A stretch of DNA of 64,000 bases from Cyanophora paradoxa CCMP329 (lineage: Eukaryota; Plantae; Glaucophyta). Under the pieces are notes generated by a model, which was not told where the DNA came from, made no database searches, and was given only the letters and a program-made list of their open reading frames with translations. The DNA lies in the NCBI GenBank assembly GCA_004431415.1, contig QPMI01000157.1:124001-188000 (forward strand). Reading direction: 5' to 3'. Below, piece after piece: positions 54,621-64,000 of the stretch. Within the stretch, counting starts at the first letter, position 1; every line of letters starts with the position of its first letter. A program made the translations under genes and the position numbers.

Positions 54621-57482
54621 CATGGCCACGGAGTTCGGCCTGCCGCCGCTGCCGTCCGCGCTCGAGGAAGAGTTCAACCGCTCGAAGGTCAAGCTGGGAA
54701 GCGGTGCGCTGCTCGAATTCAGCCGGTGCCGACGGGCGGCCGTCGCGTTTGTGACATGTACACCGCGCGGAAGCGGAAGCAGCCGGCCAGCACTGCCTTT
54801 CGGAAGCGGAAACGAGTTACGATCCTAGCAAATACAAGTCTATGAAGTGGGATGCCCGTCTGCACTCGGCAGCTAAAGTTTCGCGCCGCTGGCCATGGCC
54901 GAAACTGATCGAGTCCCGCGCAGGTTCATTTGGCGACGTAAAACAAGTGTTCTACGGCGATGTGCCGAGGCTTAAATGGCGGCTCTATGCGCTTAAGCGC
55001 GTCAGCAAGACCGGACCGGGCTACGATGATCGCATGCATATGCATGAGCGCGAGCTCAAAGGGGCGATGCACGTCTTGTGCGCCTGCGCTTCTCCGTCCG
55101 AGTGATCCTTCCCGACATCCTGCTGATCGCTGGAACTGGGCGTCGCAGGAGGGCGTGCTTGGAACGACGGCTGCACGAGACGAGCGAGAACGTGCTGCCG
55201 CTGTACGCCATCTGGGAGAGCGAGGATGCTCTCTGGATGCTGATGTACGCACGGCGCCGGCGCGACAGCCCGCTCCCGAGCCCCGGGCGCGAGCTCACGC
55301 GCCGCGCGCCGCAGGGAGCGCGCGGACGGGTCTCTGTTGGACCTTAGAACCTCCTTCGCCCAAGTCCGTGCGCCCGCTGCGGGGACGCCTGGCCTCCGCC
55401 GCCGCTGATCGCGGGCCGCGGCAGCCGAGGACGAATTCCGAGTCATGGCGCTCGACTTCGCCCGGCAGGTTCGCCCGCTGTAACCCCCCCCCCCCCCCCC
55501 CCCCCCGACGTCTGCGAGACCGTACCCCGCGCGCCCAGATCGCTGGGGGCGTGCTGGCGATGCACAGCGACCCCGAGGTCCTCGTGCACCGCGACATCAA
55601 GCCCGCCAACGTCCTCCTGTTCTCCGGCGATGTACCCCCCTCGTCCCCCCCCCTCCCGTTCTTCCCCCCGAGCCCCGCGGGGCAGACGCTGCGGGTGAAG
55701 GTGGCGGACTTCAGCCTCGTGCGGCGGCAGGAGACCTGCGCGACGCACAGGGCGGGCACCCTGCGCTACCTCCCCCCCGAGTGCTTCGAGGCGCACCGCC
55801 CGGAGGTCCGCCGCCCGCCCGCCCGCCGGCCTCGACCGCCGGTGGAGCGTGGATACTGCAGGCGGGGCCGGACGCGAGGGGCCAGGACACGTGGTCGGTC
55901 GCCGTCGTCGTCGCCGAGCTCTTCCTCCGCTTCCAGCGCGCCCCCTTCAGGTCGGGCCGGCCCCCGCCGCCCCTCCCCTGGCCGGGGCGGCGCTCAGTGC
56001 GGGCGTGTGCAGCCACTTGAGGCCGGAGGAGAGGCGCATGGAGCGGGATACCGCCCAGTTCCACGACCCCTACACCCCCGCCGACCTGTCCGCCCGCCCC
56101 CCCGCCCCGCCCCGCCCCGCCCCGCCCCGCGTCTGGGGCTCCCGGGATCCGAGCCCGCGCCGCAGGGCGTCCCTCGACACGTACGCCCGCGGGCTCTCTG
56201 ACGCCGTGCGGGGCTGCCTTCGGGTACCCCCTTTTCTCCCTCCCATCCCCCCACTTCCCATCCTCTGAGCGCGGCGCGGCGCAGCGCGACTGGCGCGCCC
56301 GGCGGTCCCTGCGGGAGTTCAAGGCGGCGCTGGTGCGAACGAAGCGCCCCCGAACGCCCCCGCGCCGCCGCCGCCAGCCCCCGGGGCCCACCTTCGGAAG
56401 CTGCGCCGCAGGATGGCCTCGTCCTGTGCCCCCCCGCGTCGGGCTCGGGGGGCCCCGCCCCGGCCCCGGGCCGAGCCGCCTCGCCGGCGCCGGTGCGCGC
56501 GCGCGCTGCGCCTTCGCTCGCGCTCGCGGCCCTCTGGGCGAGGGCGGGGCCGACGCCTGCGCAGGGGCGCCGGGCGCCGCCCCGCGCGACGGCTCGGACC
56601 CTCTCGACATGATGGACATCTCCAGGGCCCTTCCGGTACCCCCCGGGCCCCGCCCGCACCCCCGCCACCGCCGGGCCCCCCGACCGCCCCGCCGCAGGCC
56701 GTCGCCCCTCGGCCGCCCAGCGCCCGCGCCGCCGCCGCCCCGCCGCCGCCGCCGCCGCCTCAGCCGGTCGCACGGGCGGCCCGAGTCTCGGCGGCGGACT
56801 GCGTGCTCCGCCCGTGCGGGTGCAAGTTCTCCCCGGACCCGCACGCGCCCCTCTCCAGGGGCCTCTTCGCCGGTGCCCGCGCCGCCCCGTGCTCCCCGGC
56901 TCCACCCGGCGCGCCCTTGATGATCATGAGCTTCTGGGCGGCGGCGCGCAGGGCATTCGGTGCAACCGCCCGCCTCGCTCCCTTCCGCGTTCTGCCCTTC
57001 TTTACCCCTAGTCCAGGTCGTCGTGGCGGGCAAGCTTCCGGGCACGACGCTGCCGCTTGCCAAGGGCTTCCTCGTCAAGGTCCGCCCCCGCCGCCCCGCG
57101 CCCCCTGCCGGGCTCGAGCCGGCGGGTGGCCGTCGGGTCAGAAATGCGGCGCGAGCGCCACGCCGAGCGGGGTGACGGGGAACACGAATGTGCGCCCGCG
57201 CGCGCGTGCGTGCGCCCCGGGCCGGCGGGGCTTGACTCCACTTGGGGGCAGGTGGCGGTGATCGCGGAGCCGTTCTCGCAGAACAGGAACCAGGTCATGC
57301 AGGACCTCGAGGGGGAGCGCCACCGCGGCCGCGTCCTGGCGCGCCGCCCCCGCCCCCGCCCCCTCCCCGCCCCGCCCCTTCGCCCCGGCTCCTTCTGACC
57401 GGCCGCCGTGGGGCAGATCGTGTGCGGGAAGTGCTTCGTGGACCTGATGGACGCCGACACGCGCCCCGGTGGCGGCGCGTAG
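54621..57482 (+). CDS. Ser/Thr protein kinase with Cys-rich (RING-like) C-terminus (spliced host gene)
   Basis: LGSG|SFGDV, YALKRV, HRDIKPANVLL, VKVADFS, AGTLRYLPPE and DTWSVAVV. C-terminal CVLRPCGC and VCGKC. Confidence 0.8.
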
Positions 57483-58250
57483 CGGCGGCAGCCCCACCCC
57501 GCCCCTTCCCCCGGCCTCACGGCGTCTGCTCCCTCGCCCCCGGGCCTCCCCGGCTCCGCCGCGCCCTGTCCCTCCACGCCAGCGGCGCCTGGCGGCCGGT
57601 GACGGCTGCGCTCGTTCCCCGGGCCCTCCCGCCCCGGGCCGCGGCGGCAACGGCGAGCGGCGCCTGGCGATGAAGCGCCGAGAGAGGAATTTCTCGAATG
57701 TTACAGCTGGCAGAGCAGTAGATCAGCAGGAGAGCGCGCTAGCACTACGTATACTGCAGGCGCAATACTGGTACATGATACGTATGGCTGCCACGGCAGC
57801 CTTGCTTACAGCAAGCTAAGCACAACATGTCTTGTCATGAAGTGAAGGTCTAGATTCGCGCTTGCCAAAGCCGCGAAGCTAAGATCATGACTCGCTCGCT
57901 CACAAGAAGGGCAAGCTGCAACTGCGCTCGAGGACATCAGCTAGCGCACGCTGCAGAGTGAGTCTTGCGGACGTAGAATGATTGAACATTAGTGATCAAT
58001 TGTTGATCAATTATTCATCAAAAGATATCAATGGTTGGCACTAACAATGGCTTAAAGATGACTGAAGGCATAGTAAACAATGGGCATTGCTAACACACAT
58101 TGAAAGCGGCTAAGCAAAGCCGCTCGAGCGGCTAGGGAACAAGCCGCTCAGCAAGTTACACAGCTTGCCCTCGCTTGTGAGCGAGGGAGACAAGCGCCGA
58201 CAGCACAGCAAAGGCGCACAACTGCGAAGCAAGACTCTAAGACTAGACAA

Positions 58251-59251
58251 TCAACTACTGCGCCGAGTACGCGCGACTTGCTGCCGACATGACTGCAGCG
58301 AAGCTGACGGGCCAGCGTAACGAGCACCAGGCCTAGCCATGAGCGCAGCCAAGGGCGGGCGCTCAGCAGAATCGATATAGCGTCGGTAGACCGCTGACAA
58401 CAAAGACCAGCGACCAACCGCTTGAACAAGCTCTTCAGGCACGCCCGCAGCAGCCAGAGCAGTAGCTCCACCGCGACGCAAGCCATGAGGTGTGATACCA
58501 GTGGCGTCCAAGCCCGCCGCGTCAAATGCGAACCGGAGAACATAGGCCACGGTCTGAGCTGACAGAGAACGAGCTGCGTCCCGAAGCTGCCCAAAAAGAG
58601 GTGCGCCCGGATCCGCGAGCGCTAGAGTCCGCAAGTAGGTTCGAAACCAGAACACCGGACAGATGACCGACTCTGGGACGGCGCCCAAGACAACTTGCGC
58701 GCCTTGGCGACGACGATCGGTCTTGGAACCGGCAATGAAGAGCACGACGCGATCCGCGCGGATGGACACATCTTGCCGCCGGAGTGCCACGATTTCGCCA
58801 CGCCGCAACAGGCCAAAGAAACCGGTAAGCAACATCACAAGGGCGCGAAGGAGCTTGTTTGAGGGGGAACGAGCGTAGGTACGAGCAATCGCCTCCAGGT
58901 GGACGGACGTGACCAATGCAGATTGCTTTGCTGGTTTTCCACAAAGTCGGGCGATTCCTTGCAATGTTTGCAGCACAAGGGGTGAGCAAATGCAGTAGTA
59001 GGCAACATCCTCTGCCTTGTCTGATGTAGCAGAGCAGAGTGACACTGGTCAATTGCTGAGAGACCGTACTCTTCATCAGCAAGAGCCACCAGCAGTGTTG
59101 CGACGCCAGAAGCTGTTGGTGGCCAGGCTGGAATGCAGTGAACCGCGCAATGGCCTTCATAGAGGACGACCCAGCGGGCGTAGAGGCTTTGGGTTCGCTC
59201 GCTCACAGAGTTTGTTCTGTAGAAAGTGACCCGGTTGAGCAGATCAGCCAT
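58251..59251 (-). CDS. Tyrosine recombinase (copy 2; one apparent frameshift near 58980)
   Basis: Same motifs as 47908-48908. Confidence 0.9.
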
Positions 59252-59407
59252 ACGAGCACCTGCATCACCAGAGTCAAGGGTATGTCAGACTACATTTCTT
59301 CTTCTTCTTTTTAAAGCCCCCCACTCAAGCTTTCTATCCCTGTTGCTGGACAAAGTAAGCTGAGCAGAGATGAGCAGGAGTTGAATTCTGCAGCAAGAGC
59401 CTTCAAT

Positions 59408-61372
59408 CTACTCCCACGACACATAAAGAGCAACAAGAATCCAGGAAGGTAACTGTGCCGAGCGAGGCCCGCGATAGCACACGTCATATGCTGGGCCAAG
59501 CACCATTGCAGGTGCACGCAAGGCAAGCTGCAACTGTGGCCACCATGGAGCTGAGGGCCACTGAGGGACAATAAAAACTGCCGAGGCCCTACACTGGCGG
59601 ACATGTGACACAAGGTGCAAGAGGACATTTGGGTCCGGAAAGACGTAATTACGAGCACCACGCCAGGTTGCTGTAAAGCAATCATATCCTTCAGCATGTC
59701 GATCATTCAAATCAATGGAAAAGTATCGATTTAGGTGAGTGTTGGCTGATGAGGCCATACGATCAATATCAAAAGGTCCAAATGTCCGACTGACCATGGC
59801 AAAATACCCAGGTTTCAAAGAGTAGTCGGCGGGGTAAAAGTAGCGACTCAAAGCATCGGACCACTCATTGTCAACACCAGGAATGTGTTCTGCTTCAATG
59901 CTGATGCAATTGAGCAGAGCAATATCCCAAATTGCTGCTGCAACTCGGCAAAGGTATTCATGTCTTCCGCCACCATTGTTGATGTAGGCCACAGTCACTG
60001 TGTTGTCCGAGCGAACTAAGATGTTCTGATTGCGCAATAAACCTTGATAGTGCTGCATAGCGCGAAGCACTGCCATTAACTCGCGCCACGACGAAATTTG
60101 CTGAGCTTCTTCTTGGTTCCACAGGCACTGGAATGGGGCAGGCTCAAGCTCCCAAGCCACAGGTTGAGCATCACCAATTCGGGTAGTGATCCAGGCTCCT
60201 GCACCAACATGGCTTGCATCCGTAGTCAACACAAAGAGCCTTTCAGGCCGAATAGGGCAGCGGCCATTGTATCGGTGGATGTTGGCCAGCCACCACTCAA
60301 GTTCCCGACGAGTCTCATTGGTGAGCTCCACTGGATGATTCCAATGCCATTCTCTTGCCACGACATTGATGTATCGAAAGAGGGACCTGGTCTTGATGCG
60401 AGCTGGAGCCAAGCCCCGTGCCATGGACACAAGGGTGCCGGCGACCTTGGCCATTTCACGTGCAGATGCTGATTTCTTTTTCTTCAGAAGCCCTTTGATC
60501 AAAGCAAGCAGACGACCAAGCTTGTCTTGGGGTACTTCAAACAACATGCGGGCGGAGTCCACTATGAAGCCCAAGAAAGCCACCGACTGTGCTGGGGTGA
60601 GCTCAGATTTGCTGTTGACCACAAGCTTGAGGGCAGCAAATGTTTTGAGGACGAAATCCCGCAATTCACAGGCCTTCTCGTAGGTTGGAGCAGCAAACCA
60701 CCAGTCGTCAACATAGTTCACCACGAAGATGCCAAAGCGGCGGAAGTAGTTGACCACTTGTCGCATGATCTTGACGAATGCAAACGGTGAGTGCTTGAGG
60801 CCGAAGGGCAAAACTGTGTACACATAGAATTTGCTGTCAAACTCAAAGCCCATGTTCCGCCAGTCTTGCGGTGAGACTGGCACGTGGTGGTATCCAGATT
60901 CAAGGTCAATAGTGAACATGTACCAGCCTTGGCGCAGCATGGCTGCAACATGCTCAAGAGTCTCATACTTGAAGGGGATGTCCGGAAGGCCTTTATTGGT
61001 AGGCCGGCCATCCCAGATGAGCCGCAACTTGGATCCAGTCTTCTTGGGCACCACGGACAGTGAGCAGACAATGTTCACTTGAGCTTCTTCAACTTCTCTG
61101 ATCGCTCCCGTGCGCAAAAGCTTCTGAATTTCGGTTCTCACAAAGTCCTGATGGTCCACAGCCGCAGACTTGTGGTTGGCCCGGCGCTCTGCTGGCAGCC
61201 GCCTCGCTCCTGACAAAGGGAAACCACGCAAGATCCAGTTGAGCACGACATCATTGGCTCCAATCGCTCTCCACTGTTGGACTGCAGCTTGAATGCAGGA
61301 TGCAACAAAGCCTCCTGCAAAGTGAGGTGAGGCCTTGCATTGGCAGACATGCCCAATTATCGCGGTGCCCAT
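59408..61372 (-). CDS. RT - RNase H - MT polyprotein (copy 2)
   Basis: Translation identical to 45787-47751. Confidence 0.93.
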   Translation of the reverse strand: MGTAIIGHVCQCKASPHFAGGFVASCIQAAVQQWRAIGANDVVLNWILRGFPLSGARRLPAERRANHKSAAVDHQDFVRTEIQKLLRTGAIREVEEAQVNIVCSLSVVPKKTGSKLRLIWDGRPTNKGLPDIPFKYETLEHVAAMLRQGWYMFTIDLESGYHHVPVSPQDWRNMGFEFDSKFYVYTVLPFGLKHSPFAFVKIMRQVVNYFRRFGIFVVNYVDDWWFAAPTYEKACELRDFVLKTFAALKLVVNSKSELTPAQSVAFLGFIVDSARMLFEVPQDKLGRLLALIKGLLKKKKSASAREMAKVAGTLVSMARGLAPARIKTRSLFRYINVVAREWHWNHPVELTNETRRELEWWLANIHRYNGRCPIRPERLFVLTTDASHVGAGAWITTRIGDAQPVAWELEPAPFQCLWNQEEAQQISSWRELMAVLRAMQHYQGLLRNQNILVRSDNTVTVAYINNGGGRHEYLCRVAAAIWDIALLNCISIEAEHIPGVDNEWSDALSRYFYPADYSLKPGYFAMVSRTFGPFDIDRMASSANTHLNRYFSIDLNDRHAEGYDCFTATWRGARNYVFPDPNVLLHLVSHVRQCRASAVFIVPQWPSAPWWPQLQLALRAPAMVLGPAYDVCYRGPRSAQLPSWILVALYVSWE

Positions 61373-62126
61373 CTAGCACTGCTACAGCTGATGGTCCATG
61401 CAGCCGCTGGCTTGAAGATGGTGACACGCGAACGGGAAGAAGCTTAGAGGCCTTGGCTGCGAAGCAAGACTGAGGCTTGTACCCCAGGGGCGCACTTATA
61501 ACTTGTAAGTGCGCCCCTTGTACATATGTGCGTAAGCAAGGCTGCCTTTATTTGGCAGCCATACACTGCCCTATGCTACGCTGACGCTCACATAGGTTCG
61601 AATGCAAATGTTCCGATCCCTATGCGAATGTAAATCTTGGATTAAATAAAGATCTAGAATACGAAGCTCGAAAATTTGGAATCGATCATAAATCTCAAGT
61701 GTACATGTCTAGAGCTGCGCATGTCTAGAGCTGCGCATGCGCATGCGCCCTCTAGATCTCTAGATCTAGATCTAGATTTAGATTAGGCGCAGGCTAGCTA
61801 CAGGAGAGAGCACTGCAGCTGCTGCAGTACTAGTGACATTTCCCGGTACACTGTGACCCGGATAAATTAAAATGCACATCTTCCGACCCGGCCCTATGCG
61901 AACTTGTAATGTACTATGCGAACTATGTATATATACTGAAGCGATCATGCAAGTGAAGGAGCGGAAATTGATCAATGAGAGCGCAATAATTAAAGGAGCA
62001 AAATAAACTCAACGACTCGGCGAACAAATTTATCATCGGATCCAGAGAGCAGCACTAACGTTCATGCAGCTGTATACATCTCGATATGCGAATGCATAAA
62101 AGTGTGCACGGGCGCTGCGGCACGGG

Positions 62127-62850
62127 CTAGAGGTCGAAGGTCTCCTTGTGGGTGTGGAAGGGGACGCCGGCGCGGGCGGCGGCGCGCTGCGCGGCCCGCT
62201 CCGCGGCGCCCATGAGGCCCCCCGGCCCGCACGTGAAGACGGCGACGGGCCCGCCCCGCCCCGGCTCCGCCGCCGCCGCCGCCGCCGCGGCGACGCCGGC
62301 GAAGAAGACGTCGAGGTCGGGGCGCGGGCGCTTCGCGGCGGGGCCCGCGGGGCCGGCGCCGGCCTCCGGGTCGATCACGACGAGCTGGAAGGCCGGCCGC
62401 TGCTGGCCGGCGCCCGGGCGAGGGCCGGGGCGGGGGCGACGGGGCGGCGGGGCGGCGGCGGGGGGCCGGCGGGTGACGCAGGTAGAGCAGGCGAAGGCGA
62501 CGCCGGCGGCGGTGGCGCGGGCCTCGAGGGCGGCGAGGGCGTCGTCGAAGGCGAGCAGCGTCGCCTCGTCCCGCGAGAGCCACAGCACGTCCACCCGCCG
62601 CAGCCGCGCCCCGTCCTTCCCGGCGCCCTGCAGGAGCCACCCCAGCGTCGAGAGCGCCGGCGCGATCCCTGCGCCGAGCCGCGCGTAAGGGCCCGGGGCC
62701 GGGGTGATGGAGGGGCGCGGCGTTGGGGCCGCACCAATGCCGCCGCAGACGACGGCGAGGGAGGGGTACCGCTCGAAGCGGACGGAGGGGCGCCCGTAGG
62801 GCCCGTCGACCCGCAGCGCGACGCTCCCGGGGGCCACCTGCGCGCGCGAG

Positions 62851-62891
<41 letters not shown>

Positions 62892-64000
62892 CTCCCGTCA
62901 GGGCCGGTGGGGGGTACCCCGCCAGAAGGGATTCGAGGGCGCACCCCGGCCTTGGCGAGGGCGGCGAGGCGCCCCGTGAAGGTGTCGGGCCCCCTGTCGC
63001 GGATGTGCAGCGTGAAGCGCCCGTCCTGCTCGCGGGTGAGCGGAGCGGACTTGGAGCTGGGCCCGGGGGCGGAGGGGGGGGCGGCGGGCCTGGGAGGGGT
63101 CGGAGGAGATGGACATGGGGTGCCACTCGAGGCCCGAGAGGGCGGGGAGCTGGAGGAAGACGAACTGGCCGGAGCCGTGCGCCCCCATCCCCGGCTTGCT
63201 CACCTCCAGCCTGCACCCCGGGCCGGCCCCGTGAGCCGCGGCTCGGCTCAACCTGGGACGGCGCGGGGCGGGGCGCACCGGGAGATGCGGCCGTCGAGGA
63301 GGCGGAGGGAGAGGAGGCGGGCGGGGCGTGCGCGGCCCTTCCACGCGCGGAAGGCGCAGTCGGCGGCGTAGAGGGCCGCGGGGGGCACCGCGTACGCGAT
63401 CACGCTCCGCCTTCCAATCGCGCAGTCAGCCGCCGCGAGGCGAGGGGCCGGGGCGCCGGCGCGGGGCCGCGCACTCGTGGATGCAGGCGAAGACGACGGC
63501 GGGGACGAAGAGGAAGTGCATGAAGTAGAAGCGCTGCGGAGGAAGGGGTCGGCGCGGCGGGGCCTGGGCGGGGCGGGGGGTACCCGGACCTCGAAGAGGG
63601 CGCGGCGGAGCTGGGGGAGGGAGAGGAGGGAGAGGAGGAGCATGAGGGCGCCGCTGAGGAGCCCCGCGAGGTTGTTGAGGTCCTCGCTCGCCCCGCCCCA
63701 CTCCGCCAGGTACGACGCCCCCAGGCCCTGCCCCGAGGTTCAGCCCGGCCCCGGGCTCGCCGGGGGGCGCCTGAGGGAGGGCGGACGGGGACGGAGGAGA
63801 AGTAGAGGGCGAGGAGGCCGCCGTGGAGCCAGACGCTCGCCACCATCGCCACCGCCGCCCACCGGTGGAACTGGCCACGGCCGCCGCGCGCCGCCGCGTC
63901 AGCGTAGAGCTGCTGAGCGCGGAGGGCGGGGGGCGGCCCACCCGCACGGCGCGCTCCCACGCGATGCCAAAGAAGTGCTGCGCGCCGGCCGCGGGCCGCG
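62127..64000 (-). CDS. Ferric reductase / NADPH oxidase family protein (spliced host gene, 5' part beyond window)
   Basis: FHRW...WLHG and FYFMHFLF...CIH haem-binding helices; GQFVFL...EWHPMSISS (FAD); RVDGPYG and VCGGIG (NADPH); FTCGP; terminal HKETFDL. Confidence 0.88.

Larger units (their letters stand above)
57782..61601 (-). mobile_element. Gag-less copy of the YR retrotransposon: A-pol-YR-B (3820 bp)
   Basis: Reverse complement of 45558-49377, same length. A at 61441-61601, B at 57782-57842. Confidence 0.93.

Noticed and set aside
55700-55720. Kinase DFS instead of DFG as a sign of a pseudokinase
   Set aside because: The catalytic Lys, HRD and the Mg-binding Asp are all retained, so the substitution alone is weak evidence.
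45558-61601. Inverted YR copies as TIRs of one composite element carrying the RCC1 and kinase genes
   Set aside because: No shared TSD or outer-end evidence; the intervening genes look like ordinary intron-containing host genes.

Overview
Eukaryotic (protist-like) genomic window. GC-rich, intron-rich host genes are embedded in a dense nest of mobile elements. From left to right: (1) the right end (1-1303) of an endogenous Polinton-like virus (PLV), inserted into (2) an RNase H-encoding non-LTR retrotransposon (1304-~14130), which is also split by (3) a 9.3-kb foldback-type element with ~2.5-kb terminal inverted repeats (TIRs) and a 5-bp target-site duplication (TSD) (3894-13193). (4) A complete 27.5-kb AT-rich PLV/virophage-like element (14416-41939, 6-bp TSD GCCATT) encodes rve integrase, protein-primed PolB, a TVpol-SF3 helicase, A32 ATPase, a major capsid protein, two pentons, a long fibre, a patatin-discoidin lipase, a nuclease and a SAM decarboxylase. 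Each of its two ends is a perfect 28-bp hairpin; the two hairpins differ in sequence through compensatory changes. (5) A spliced SARM1-like SAM-TIR gene (~41990-43500) lies between the PLV and (6) a DIRS/PAT-type tyrosine-recombinase (YR) retrotransposon arranged A-gag-B/A-pol-YR-B (43511-49377); the gag-less A-pol-YR-B module recurs alone and inverted at 57782-61601. (7) Host genes: an unknown GC-rich gene, an RCC1-repeat protein, a protein kinase and a ferric reductase/NADPH oxidase-like gene. Many viral ORFs are broken by single-base indels, mostly in homopolymers, which look like long-read assembly errors. All protein assignments come from motif recognition by eye, not from database searches.
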